In this document: positions 44,229-52,832 of the stretch, piece after piece | Layout of the letters: each line of letters begins with the position of its first letter | How positions within the stretch are numbered: position 1 is the stretch's first letter | Virus record (IMG/VR): IMGVR_UViG_3300045988_140928 | Location: 64,001-128,000 of that record | Reading direction: 5' to 3' (one strand) | DNA length: 64,000 bases | DNA from: a virus | Program-made: the position numbers and the translations under genes | The notes under the pieces: model-generated | Seen by the model: the letters and a program-made list of their open reading frames with translations, nothing else | The model's database searches: none | Told to the model about the DNA's origin: nothing

Positions 44229-44517
44229 TAATTAGTTTATTATAATAAATGTTGACAGGAAGTGTTAACGAATCTGATTTTAACAAGTTGTACCTAGCAT
44301 AAAGGCGTTCCTATTTTATTAAAAGTTTAATATGGGTTATTGTTACGTCCAGCTAGAAATTACAGCTAATCGCATAAAACAGTTCCTATTTAAGTTTGAT
44401 TTGAAATCAATCTACAGTTTACTGTTAGCGATTAATGAAAGTTCCTTATAGCGGGTACATAGCGTGCACAGCCCGTTGTAGGGAACTTTTTACATATACA
44501 GGAAAGGAAGTATAATA
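44229..44517 (+). promoter_or_regulatory. structured 290-nt leader with three GTTCCT(A/T)AT repeats and a terminator-like hairpin just before the SD
   Basis: GTTCCTATTTTA (about 44305), GTTCCTATTTAA (about 44383) and GTTCCTTATAGCGGG...CCCGTTGTAGGGAAC+TTTTT (about 44444-44493). Nested helices TAATCGC/GCGATTA, AACAG/CTGTT and TTGATTT/AAATCAA. Confidence 0.45.
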
Positions 44518-46605
44518 ATGAAAAACTTTTCATATAATACGTTAAATTCAATTAATAATAAAACTATTCGCTTGTTTAAGGGAGTAGATATGGATGTTCA
44601 GGGGGATAAGATTTCTCGTTCTGTTGCAGAAGTTCAAAACATGGCTAGATATGCTATGAATTACGGAATTATGTTTGATACTGAAATCTTAAAGTCTATT
44701 TCTGTAAAGGTATTAAACAATATTATTAATACAGCAGAAAAATATTATGGAATTAGTAATGGTATGGTTAATTCAACCTTTTTCCAAACATTAGACCAAA
44801 ATATTAATACACCTACTTATATGCGAATGTATATGCAAGCTCTTAATTACTTGCAAACATACGGTGGAGTTAATGTAACTAGTCACGAAACTGTTCAGTT
44901 TAGTTCTAACCGTCAATTAGATGATAGTGTTAAATTGGACTTACAGCAGAACTTTACAATGATTTCTGCTTTTACAACCGAGGAATTAGAACAAAAGGTT
45001 CAATCCTTGCTTTATAGTGGTATGGCTTTAGAGTCTAAGGATGTTGAGGACTTAATTTATTTAATTAGTAAGTTAAGCCTAAAGATTGAAATTAGCAAAG
45101 TTAAGAACCGTGAAGCTATGATGAAGCTTAGTAAGGAATTAGATCTTTATCCAGCAAATCCAGATATGTTTATGAATTACATTTACAGTCTAGTTACTGG
45201 TGACACAATGCTGGTAAAGAATGAACAAACCTACCTTAAGTTTAATGCTAGGCTTGACTCTACTAATGATTTTGTCTATTCATTAATGCACGAATATGAC
45301 AATAACCCTGCAACACCTTCGTTAAGATCTTTGGTTAACCGTTATCACAAGATGTTCTTAATCTTACGTAAGAATGCTTCTTCAAAGGAAGAAAGACGTT
45401 TTTACAATCGTATTATGCGCCAAGGTAAGAACACTAAGAAAAATTATCGCCAAAGAGGGATTTTAGATCAGTTGCCAGAATACATTAAAGGCGAAGTATC
45501 TTTTACTGAAAAGCAGATTTTAGATGCTTTATCTAATGCTAGTACTTACAAGTTAGCTCGTATTTACACTTATTTAGTTAACCTAGATAAGAAAGATAAG
45601 AATGGATCATTATATCGAATTCGTAATGGTAAATCTTATTACGTACCTAGTAAGCACGATCTTGATGAGCTTCTTAACTCATTTATTTCTTTTAAGAGTG
45701 TTGTTAATAATAAAGCAATTAAAGATTTAGTTTCTAAGATTGTTGAAGAGCTTTTCCGGCGGGGGAAAAACGCTTTTGCTGATAATGATAATAAAACTGT
45801 CTACTATATTCCGGGTGGGTTGTACTACAGTATTCCTACCTCTGGTAAGCAGTTTACTGGTAATATTCCAGACTACACTAGCTTTGATTTTCAATTAATT
45901 GGTGACGAACGACTCGGTGTGGGTATTCACTGGGATAAGCAAGCAGATATTGACCTACATGCTGTTACTTTAGATGGTGACACGTTTGGTTGGAATACTG
46001 ATTGGTTGAATGATGATACTAAAGTTGTTTATTCTGGTGATATGACACACTTAGACGATAGTGGAAACGCTAGTGAAATCATGTCTATTTCTAAAGACTT
46101 AGATAAACCAATTTTATTATCTGTCTCTCCATACTACGTTAATGAGATTTACAAAGACTTTAATTTTGATTTATTTGTAACTCGCTTTAACCAAGGGAAA
46201 CTTAATTCAGATTTAAATTTAGATACGCCTGAGGTCTATGTTAAGTCTATCTCTAAAGATGCTTTTAATATTAATAAGTTATCCTTTAAGAACCGAAGTA
46301 CTATGACTATTGGGGTGATCATTCCTCGTGGAGATGGCAAATTTAGTTTCGTACTTACTAACTTTAACTTCGGAAGAGTACACGTTCCAGACCAAGATCA
46401 GAACAAGCAGTTATTAAGTTATCTTAGTGACTATACTGAAAACGTCCCACTATTAAACAACATTTTAGGCGGTAAGTTAGTTGATGATAAAGACTTATTA
46501 CCACGTTATACAGAACACGGTTATGATGTAGTGGATCTATCTCCAGCAAACGTTACTGTTGATACCTTTACTGATTTAATTAATAAGTTAGACGAGAATA
46601 AATAA
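44518..46605 (+). CDS. large protein with a C-terminal TerD-like domain
   Basis: GGAAAGGAAG SD. The N-terminal 450 aa or so are helical with no motif. The C-terminus GVGIHWDKQADIDLHAVTLDGDTF...VVYSGDMTHLDDSGNASEIMSISKDL..PILLSVSPYY fits the TerD pattern (GlgWD..DlDl.a....v.hsGDn..G...E.i.vdL). Confidence 0.6.
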   Translation: MKNFSYNTLNSINNKTIRLFKGVDMDVQGDKISRSVAEVQNMARYAMNYGIMFDTEILKSISVKVLNNIINTAEKYYGISNGMVNSTFFQTLDQNINTPTYMRMYMQALNYLQTYGGVNVTSHETVQFSSNRQLDDSVKLDLQQNFTMISAFTTEELEQKVQSLLYSGMALESKDVEDLIYLISKLSLKIEISKVKNREAMMKLSKELDLYPANPDMFMNYIYSLVTGDTMLVKNEQTYLKFNARLDSTNDFVYSLMHEYDNNPATPSLRSLVNRYHKMFLILRKNASSKEERRFYNRIMRQGKNTKKNYRQRGILDQLPEYIKGEVSFTEKQILDALSNASTYKLARIYTYLVNLDKKDKNGSLYRIRNGKSYYVPSKHDLDELLNSFISFKSVVNNKAIKDLVSKIVEELFRRGKNAFADNDNKTVYYIPGGLYYSIPTSGKQFTGNIPDYTSFDFQLIGDERLGVGIHWDKQADIDLHAVTLDGDTFGWNTDWLNDDTKVVYSGDMTHLDDSGNASEIMSISKDLDKPILLSVSPYYVNEIYKDFNFDLFVTRFNQGKLNSDLNLDTPEVYVKSISKDAFNINKLSFKNRSTMTIGVIIPRGDGKFSFVLTNFNFGRVHVPDQDQNKQLLSYLSDYTENVPLLNNILGGKLVDDKDLLPRYTEHGYDVVDLSPANVTVDTFTDLINKLDENK

Positions 46606-46610
46606 TTAAT

Positions 46611-46640
46611 AAGAGACTTTCGGGTCTCTTTTTATTTTAT
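46611..46640 (+). terminator. rho-independent terminator
   Basis: AAGAGAC-tttcgg-GTCTCTT followed by TTTATTTT. Confidence 0.7.
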
Positions 46641-46710
46641 CTTTTTGTACAAAAGTAGTTGAATATTTAACTAAAAGTGTTATACTTATAATTGAAATAA
46701 GGAAAGGAAG
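46628..46710 (+). repeat. 84-bp terminator-tail/promoter/SD cassette, copy 1 (promoter TTGAAT-16-TATACT at 46659-46686)
   Basis: Identical to 51479-51562 except at 2 positions. Contains the TTTTGTACAAAA palindrome, a TGnTATACT extended -10 and a GGAAAGGAAG SD. Confidence 0.85.
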
Positions 46711-46717
46711 GGATAAG

Positions 46718-47266
46718 ATGAGTTTATATGGCAATTATGTTCCAGAAAACATTGAAATGACTTATAATAAGTTTCAAGAACTAGAGGGCAAACAAAAAGC
46801 TTTACAAGAAGAATATGAAGATAAAGCTAAATTTATGATGGGCGATTATAACCTATATGACCCTAATATCAAAACTTTAGTAACTGGTTATTCTTTGGGT
46901 GAAGTTATTTTTAGTGCTTGGAAACATGATTTGTACGAGAATGTTACAGGTATTTTTTATGACTTAGTTGCAAGTATTGAGAAAGCGATTTATAAGAATA
47001 AGGGTAAAAAAGTTGCTAAGGACGTTGACCTTGTTGGTAACTTTGTAAAGTACTTTAGTAAGTCTGGGGATAAGGAATCAGCTAAACTCGACATTGAGAA
47101 CTTTTGCTTAGACCTTGACGAGTGGGTTGAAGAATTAAAGATTGAACATGATAGTCGATACTTCTATGTTCCAGACCCTCTGCTTATCTTACAGAATACA
47201 GACAATAATGATATAAAAGGACTTGCTGAAATTATTTATGAAGGTGGGGTTAAGAAAGTATGCTAA
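46718..47266 (+). CDS. hypothetical protein
   Basis: 182 aa, downstream of cassette copy 1. Confidence 0.6.
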   Translation: MSLYGNYVPENIEMTYNKFQELEGKQKALQEEYEDKAKFMMGDYNLYDPNIKTLVTGYSLGEVIFSAWKHDLYENVTGIFYDLVASIEKAIYKNKGKKVAKDVDLVGNFVKYFSKSGDKESAKLDIENFCLDLDEWVEELKIEHDSRYFYVPDPLLILQNTDNNDIKGLAEIIYEGGVKKVC

Positions 47267-47514
47267 GCTTACAAACAGTTAAACTGGTTAAGATATTAAA
47301 GGAACGTCCTTTACCAGAAAAGATTGCTAAAGAGCTTGAAAGTTTAAAACTAAACCCTAACAATTATGTGTTTGTTGACTATGATATTACTTGTCATATT
47401 GGTCACCGTCGTTATACAGACCGTATTTGTCTTAGAGAAGAATGGGAAGCTCTTAAAGCAACTGGTTATGAGTTAGAGTATGTAGATCATGACAAGATTA
47501 TCCCTAACGATTAA
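47260..47514 (+). CDS. hypothetical protein
   Basis: 84 aa, with a 7-nt overlap with the upstream gene. Confidence 0.55.
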   Translation: MLSLQTVKLVKILKERPLPEKIAKELESLKLNPNNYVFVDYDITCHIGHRRYTDRICLREEWEALKATGYELEYVDHDKIIPND

Positions 47515-47524
47515 AAAGTATGTT

Positions 47525-47749
47525 ATGATTTTTAATCAACTTTTAGGTAATGAGATTGTAGTTAAGTCTTACGATAATTGGATTATGTTCTATTATCAAG
47601 ATAATATCATTGCTACAATTTGTTATGTTAATGATGTTTTTAAATTTAGTGTGGCAGACTGGGAAGTAAATGATAAAATACTTGCTAAGCTAGATCCAAT
47701 TATTGGTAAAGTTAGTTTAATGAATTTAGAAGTTAAAGGATTGTTGTAA
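47525..47749 (+). CDS. hypothetical protein
   Basis: Frame of ORF 47489-47749, with the start moved to the first ATG beyond the upstream stop. Start uncertain. Confidence 0.45.
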   Translation: MIFNQLLGNEIVVKSYDNWIMFYYQDNIIATICYVNDVFKFSVADWEVNDKILAKLDPIIGKVSLMNLEVKGLL

Positions 47750-48345
47750 TGTTTAAAGTATATTTTAATTATGGTTGTATGAAATCTGGCAAAACCGCTG
47801 ATTTATTAATTACTGCTCACAATAACAAAGAAAAGGGAGTACCTGTTTATATCCTTTCACCTAAGATTGATACTCGTAATGGTGAAGGTGTGATTTCTAC
47901 TCGAATTGGTATTTCAGCTAAAGCTGATTTTATCTTGGATAGATATGATAAAGAATTACATGAATTTATTGCTAAAGTCTATAATGAGGACGGAATGATT
48001 ATTATTGACGAATGCCAATTTGTTGACCCACTTACGGTTCATTCAATGTGTCAATACTGTCGAGATCTGGACTTTGGTATCACAAGACAAAAGAATAACT
48101 TTAGCATTATTGCATATGGTCTTTTAACTGATTATCGTTCTAGTTTATTTGACGGTACGATTGCTTGGTTAGACGAGGCAGACTCAATTAATAAGATTAA
48201 ATTTAGTTGTGCTTATTGTTCAAGACAAGCTACCCGTAATCTTTTAGTAAATAAAGTAGATCATGACGGTAATGTTTTAATTGGTGATAGTGAATACAAA
48301 CCTGTCTGTTCTTATCACTATTGGAAATATAATAATAATAATTAG
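47749..48345 (+). CDS. tdk: thymidine kinase
   Basis: GCMKSGKTADLL P-loop, IIIDECQFV, and the C-terminal Zn site CAYCSRQATRN...PVCSYHY. Confidence 0.9.
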   Translation: MFKVYFNYGCMKSGKTADLLITAHNNKEKGVPVYILSPKIDTRNGEGVISTRIGISAKADFILDRYDKELHEFIAKVYNEDGMIIIDECQFVDPLTVHSMCQYCRDLDFGITRQKNNFSIIAYGLLTDYRSSLFDGTIAWLDEADSINKIKFSCAYCSRQATRNLLVNKVDHDGNVLIGDSEYKPVCSYHYWKYNNNN

Positions 48346-48366
48346 TTTTATATGGAGTGGGAGTAA

Positions 48367-48519
48367 ATGAATAAGTATGTTGGAATAGGTTTATTGATTA
48401 TGTTTTTAATTGTTTTGAAAATGTTTTCAGTTGCAATTGCTAGTGCAATTACAATTACAGTAGTATTAGGGGTTGCATTAATTTGTGATCTATTAGAAAG
48501 GAATAATTTAGATGAATGA
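48367..48519 (+). CDS. small membrane protein (50 aa)
   Basis: Below the ORF-track cut-off. GGAGTGGGAG SD. MNKYVGIGLLIMFLIVLKMFSVAIASAITITVVLGVALICDLL... The stop overlaps the next start. Confidence 0.45.
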   Translation: MNKYVGIGLLIMFLIVLKMFSVAIASAITITVVLGVALICDLLERNNLDE

Positions 48520-48709
48520 TTTAGAAAAAGCTTATTGGCTAGTTTTTGATAGCGGGATTACGCCTTATGAATTAGCAAAGAAATTAGGTGTTTCTACTAC
48601 TTTAGTTTATCGTTGGCAGAAAGATAGTGATACCTTACGCCGTATACAACGTAAAACATTAGATAAGTTGGTAAGTGTCTATGACTCGATTAAAAAAGAA
48701 GAAGATTAG
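48512..48709 (+). CDS. small HTH protein
   Basis: ..ITPYELAKKLGVSTTLVYRWQKD.. helix-turn-helix. Confidence 0.6.
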   Translation: MNDLEKAYWLVFDSGITPYELAKKLGVSTTLVYRWQKDSDTLRRIQRKTLDKLVSVYDSIKKEED

Positions 48710-48839
48710 TTTTAATAAAGTAGTAGGTTGGCTAACTGTAGCTGAAGCCTTATTGTTTTTAACCTACTTTGATTGGTTTTTATATTTGTTTCCTGTGTGG
48801 ATAATTTTAGGTGGATGGTGGGTGATGAAAAATGCCTGA
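48681..48839 (+). CDS. small membrane protein (52 aa)
   Basis: Below the cut-off. MTRLKKKKISFNKVVGWLTVAEALLFLTYFDWFLYLFPVWIILGGWWVMKNA. Overlaps both neighbours. Confidence 0.4.
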   Translation: MTRLKKKKISFNKVVGWLTVAEALLFLTYFDWFLYLFPVWIILGGWWVMKNA

Positions 48840-49353
48840 GAGTACGAAAGAGATTTTAGATACATTAGATCAAGCATATGTTAATGAGTTTAGAAAACAT
48901 CATATTCTTTATAAGAAAATAGATGATTATAATTACTTATTAATGCACCAAGGAAAGTTTTGTTATCTGTTTTGTGCGAGTATCGCCCGCCCGTTCTTAG
49001 CTTATTATCCATTATTAGAAAGTTTTAGATCTGAGGTTTTTGATAACGTCTTAGAACAGGTCATTACTAAGGTTTCTAATTCAAATACTAAAGAATATGG
49101 TTTTAATACCATACTAAGTTGTTCTGGGTATCCGAATTATGAAATGGTAATTGGAAATGCTAATTTTTATCATAGTAGGTGCAAAAATTATGAGAAGGCA
49201 ATTGATAAAAAGAAACGTGCTTATCATTGTAGAATTCAGAATGGGTATCTTGATGAGTCTAATCGTATCTTGTTGGAGGAGATCAGATTATCCCTAACAG
49301 GTTATAAGAATTTTAAGGAAATGCGACAAAAGGTTTATGGTGACTTATTATGA
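48832..49353 (+). CDS. hypothetical protein
   Basis: 173 aa; no motif. Confidence 0.6.
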   Translation: MPESTKEILDTLDQAYVNEFRKHHILYKKIDDYNYLLMHQGKFCYLFCASIARPFLAYYPLLESFRSEVFDNVLEQVITKVSNSNTKEYGFNTILSCSGYPNYEMVIGNANFYHSRCKNYEKAIDKKKRAYHCRIQNGYLDESNRILLEEIRLSLTGYKNFKEMRQKVYGDLL

Positions 49354-49526
49354 AAAGATTTTTAAGCGAGTGTGGTGTAATTCTAGGTGTTGTAGCTATT
49401 GGTGTTTGCTATACCTTGTATCTTTATTTGATTTTCTCAGTTCTAACTGGGTTAATCAGTGTGGTTGTAGCTCTAATTCCAGCAATTCTAGTTTTAATAT
49501 TATTAGGGGTACATTCCGTTGAGTAA
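49350..49526 (+). CDS. small membrane protein (58 aa)
   Basis: Alternative frame to listed ORF 49337-49522. MKRFLSECGVILGVVAIGVCYTLYLYLIFSVLTGLISVVVALIPAILVLILLGVHSVE has two clean TM helices, versus the Cys/Ser-rich nonsense in the listed frame. Confidence 0.45.
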   Translation: MKRFLSECGVILGVVAIGVCYTLYLYLIFSVLTGLISVVVALIPAILVLILLGVHSVE

Positions 49527-49776
49527 AGATAAAATTGTGTATGCTTTAGATGACAAATATAAGTTAATCTTAATCCGTGATAACGTTGAAGACGATGCTG
49601 TATTTTATATTACAAGTATAAATAGTAATATCTATCTGCGTCAATTGTCTAAGAATGATTTACATATTTTGATTAAATCAATTACTGATGACTTGCCTAC
49701 TTGGATTCATGCTGTTTATATTGATAATATGTTAATGTGGTGGAAATACGATCACATAAAGCCAATTACGTTATAA
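49519..49776 (+). CDS. hypothetical protein
   Basis: TTG start. 85 aa. Confidence 0.5.
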   Translation: MSKDKIVYALDDKYKLILIRDNVEDDAVFYITSINSNIYLRQLSKNDLHILIKSITDDLPTWIHAVYIDNMLMWWKYDHIKPITL

Positions 49777-49789
49777 AGGAGGCTTTTAA

Positions 49790-50362
49790 TTGGTTTACTT
49801 TATTTCTCCTTATATTACTGCTGTTAGAGCAAAGAAATATAAGCGCAATGTATTACGACAAATTAATCATACGTATAATACAACCCGTTATTTAATCTAC
49901 ATTCCAGTTTTTATTGCTGGTTTAATTCCTAATGATTTAAATAATTCTAAGCAGTATTTTTATTATGTAGGAGCAATGGTTTTAGTCTGCTTGTTAGCTT
50001 ACTTATGTATTCGCTTGATTGCGTATTACTTTAAGTATTCGATTAATAAAACTTCAATTGATTTACTTGATTATGTAATTTTATATGAGACTAAAGACGA
50101 TTTGCCCTTGGATACAGTTAATCCATTAATTCCAACTTTTGAGTATAATCGTACACACCCTAAGAATAAGGTATATTTTGGTGGCTATACGCTAGAGGAG
50201 TTTCAAAAGGCTATGCAAGAAGTTTATGAGGCTAAGAATGATCGGCAGTATGGAGAAGATACTCATCATTATCTAGCTTTACTGTTCCATGATATGGAAG
50301 ATTATTACATCCATACTTTGTCTGATCCAGCAGTAGAGCAAGAGGTAATTAAGCATGATTAA
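49790..50362 (+). CDS. membrane protein (2 TM) with a cytoplasmic domain
   Basis: TTG start 7 nt after GGAGG. 190 aa. Confidence 0.6.
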   Translation: MVYFISPYITAVRAKKYKRNVLRQINHTYNTTRYLIYIPVFIAGLIPNDLNNSKQYFYYVGAMVLVCLLAYLCIRLIAYYFKYSINKTSIDLLDYVILYETKDDLPLDTVNPLIPTFEYNRTHPKNKVYFGGYTLEEFQKAMQEVYEAKNDRQYGEDTHHYLALLFHDMEDYYIHTLSDPAVEQEVIKHD

Positions 50363-50876
50363 TGATAATTTAGAAAAAGTAGAACAATCTTTAAATGAAT
50401 TAAGAAAATCTTTATATACACATGATAATAGCTATCAGTATGTTCCTAACTATTATCCTTTTTCAGAGGCAAGACAGACTTTTGAAAAGAATACTAGGGA
50501 TTTACTTGACGTTAGTTATTCTCTACTTTATCAAGTAAAAGAACAGCAATCTGAAATTAAAAAATTAAAGGAAGACTTAGCTAAAAAAGATTTAACGGAT
50601 GACGACTATGTAGTTATCTGGATTGATAATAAATATTATTTAAGTATGACTTTATTAACTACTAATGTATCTCTTGCTTTAAATGAGCCTGAGCATACTT
50701 TTATAGGTGCTTATCCTTATAAGGAAGTTAAAGATATTTTCTATACTGAATATACTTATTCTTCTTTGAAACTTTTAGATAGTCATGAAGTTGTAATTGT
50801 ACCCGCAAAAGATTTTAATGGAAAGTTTAATACTAATTATAATTTTATGGAATTGGGTATAACTAATGAAAATTAA
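50355..50876 (+). CDS. hypothetical protein
   Basis: 173 aa, with an N-terminal coiled coil. Confidence 0.6.
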   Translation: MINDNLEKVEQSLNELRKSLYTHDNSYQYVPNYYPFSEARQTFEKNTRDLLDVSYSLLYQVKEQQSEIKKLKEDLAKKDLTDDDYVVIWIDNKYYLSMTLLTTNVSLALNEPEHTFIGAYPYKEVKDIFYTEYTYSSLKLLDSHEVVIVPAKDFNGKFNTNYNFMELGITNEN

Positions 50877-51459
50877 ACGAATTATAGTTTATTCGGCTTT
50901 AGGTATTTTGTTCTTTGCTGTTCTTTTAATCTTTATTCCAATTAATATTAAAACGGTTCGGACGCAAACTATTAATGTTTCAGATTCTGCACCAATTAAA
51001 GTAGATCATATTAATGCAACGGTTGACTATTATGGTATGCCTAGTAGTTGGGCTGATCCAGACTCCAGTGTTGATTGGGACTCCTTATATAGTTTTGACG
51101 CTGATCTAATGGATAGTTCTGATAATTACTTAACAGATGGAAACAGAGTCGTAGACGAGTCTGTAATTCAAAATCTTAACGCTGTTCCAGCCTATGACTA
51201 TTACGCTCATACTAAACATAGCTATCAAAAGATTACACAGCAGGTTACTGATGTTTACGGTCTGCATTGGGATTACAGTGATAATAATGACCATGATACG
51301 TCTAAGATTGTGCAGTCTAAAGATAAGTCTTATATTCCTATTTACCTAGATATTGATTGCCATTATAAACAAGGTAAGTATTCTCGTTCTAGGGATTTGT
51401 ATTATAAGCTTGTTCCTAATGGAAATAAGTATGCAATGGTTACAGATGATGATAATTAA
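50866..51459 (+). CDS. N-terminally membrane-anchored protein (paralogue of 31658-32239)
   Basis: ..ATVDYYGMPSSWADPD..YDYYAHTKHSYQKITQQVTDVYGLHWDY..DHDTSKIV.. aligns with 31658-32239. Confidence 0.65.
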   Translation: MKIKRIIVYSALGILFFAVLLIFIPINIKTVRTQTINVSDSAPIKVDHINATVDYYGMPSSWADPDSSVDWDSLYSFDADLMDSSDNYLTDGNRVVDESVIQNLNAVPAYDYYAHTKHSYQKITQQVTDVYGLHWDYSDNNDHDTSKIVQSKDKSYIPIYLDIDCHYKQGKYSRSRDLYYKLVPNGNKYAMVTDDDN

Positions 51460-51463
51460 ACTG

Positions 51464-51492
51464 AAGTCCTTTATAGGGCTTTTTTATTTTAT
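51464..51492 (+). terminator. rho-independent terminator
   Basis: AAGTCC-tttata-GGGCTT followed by TTTTATTTT. Confidence 0.6.
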
Positions 51493-51562
51493 CTTTTTGT
51501 ACAAAAGTAGTTGAATATTTAACTGAAAGTGTTATACTTATAATCGAAATAAGGAAAGGAAG
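51479..51562 (+). repeat. 84-bp terminator-tail/promoter/SD cassette, copy 2 (promoter TTGAAT-16-TATACT at 51511-51538)
   Basis: Near-identical to 46628-46710. Confidence 0.85.
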
Positions 51563-51570
51563 TTTTAATA

Positions 51571-51726
51571 ATGATATTGTATTTAGTTTATATTGCTTTT
51601 TGTTTTGCCTTTCTATGGGGTATTACTCAAGCGTTCCCAGATTTTAAGCATTCTATCTATTTGGGTGGATGGGTATTTTGTACAGCAGTTTACTTATTTC
51701 TAGTGTTTTACAATCCGGGGTATTAA
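51571..51726 (+). CDS. small membrane protein (51 aa)
   Basis: Below the cut-off. Occupies the same position after the cassette SD as 46718 does. MILYLVYIAFCFAFLWGITQAFPDFKHSIYLGGWVFCTAVYLFLVFYNPGY. Confidence 0.45.
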   Translation: MILYLVYIAFCFAFLWGITQAFPDFKHSIYLGGWVFCTAVYLFLVFYNPGY

Positions 51727-51814
51727 TAATGGTAATTCTATTAGTTTTGCTTTTAGTGATTACGTTTGATTTATTAACTTTGTTGGTTGTCAACAATATT
51801 AAGCATGGAGGTTT

Positions 51815-52132
51815 GTGATGAGTAAAGTATGTGTAGTAACTTATGTCTATCGTGATTTTTCAATTCTGTATGGTGAAAAAGGTAGCATTAATCTAATGGG
51901 AGTTTTTGACTCTTTAGAATTAGCTAAAGATAAGATTAATCAATGGTATAAAGATAATCCAGATCATTGGATTGCTAAAGATATTAAAGAGTATATTGCT
52001 TCAAACAAACATTATAATAAAGATGTCGATCCTACTGATCTTTTCCAGTTTAATGGAATAGAGACTAATAAAGTTAGTAAAAATTATACAAACTGTGGTT
52101 ACTTTTTAGCGGATTGGTGGTATGAAGAATGA
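51815..52132 (+). CDS. hypothetical protein
   Basis: 105 aa; GGAGG SD. Confidence 0.6.
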   Translation: MMSKVCVVTYVYRDFSILYGEKGSINLMGVFDSLELAKDKINQWYKDNPDHWIAKDIKEYIASNKHYNKDVDPTDLFQFNGIETNKVSKNYTNCGYFLADWWYEE

Positions 52133-52626
52133 GTAGTAATACTTTAGAGTCTATGTTTAGTGACTTTATTAAAGATAATATGATTGGACTTTCAGATTCT
52201 GCAACTAAGGAATTGTTTACTGATGTTCAATTCTTTTATAAATATTGTTCTGAGGTTAGCTATGTTGATATTGACTTAACTGAGATCAACTCAGCCCAAA
52301 AAGAAGTTTGGTCTAAATTTCACTATTGGAATGAGAAGTATAATTATTATATGAATGGTAAAGGTCATTATACGGATCGGTCTATGCTGGTTCATGATAT
52401 TGCAGTTTACTTCTATCAAGTATCTAACCAAAAGAAGTTAAAAGATCCTAAGTTTTTAGATCATGTTTGGCAGTCTTTTATCTGGAATAATACATATGAT
52501 TATTGGTTAAGAACATCTTTAATTAAAACATATGGAATGGTATTTGACTTTGAATTGACTTTTGAAGGCAAGAACATATATAGTCCGTTGTTGGTAGTAA
52601 ATAAAGTTTATAGGGAGAATAATTAA
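52129..52626 (+). CDS. hypothetical protein
   Basis: 165 aa, with a 4-nt overlap. Confidence 0.6.
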   Translation: MSSNTLESMFSDFIKDNMIGLSDSATKELFTDVQFFYKYCSEVSYVDIDLTEINSAQKEVWSKFHYWNEKYNYYMNGKGHYTDRSMLVHDIAVYFYQVSNQKKLKDPKFLDHVWQSFIWNNTYDYWLRTSLIKTYGMVFDFELTFEGKNIYSPLLVVNKVYRENN

Positions 52627-52821
52627 ATGGAATTAACTGAAAAACAGAAGAATTGTCCGTACTGTCAAGAACCCAAGATGACCTTTATTGGAGAAGATGG
52701 AGTTCTTTATCAAGTTAGTGAAGACGCTTTCACAACACCAAAGCTAATTACGATAACCAATGGTCAAACTCACATTGTTGAGATTGAATATTGTCCTAAA
52801 TGTGGCCGTTCTCTAAAATAG
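52627..52821 (+). CDS. zinc-ribbon protein
   Basis: CPYC...CPKCG, the same architecture as 1855-2133. Confidence 0.6.
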   Translation: MELTEKQKNCPYCQEPKMTFIGEDGVLYQVSEDAFTTPKLITITNGQTHIVEIEYCPKCGRSLK

Positions 52822-52832
52822 GAGGAAGAATA

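Noticed and set aside
44229-44517. T-box leader upstream of the 695-aa gene.
   Set aside because: The length and the terminator fit, but I found no T-box consensus (..GGUGG.ACCGCG..) and no specifier-loop layout.
49337-49522. Listed 61-aa ORF (MVTYYEKIFKRVWCNSRCCSYWC...).
   Set aside because: The overlapping frame 49350-49526 gives a clean two-TM protein whose start is coupled to the upstream stop. The listed frame is Cys/Ser-rich and unlikely.
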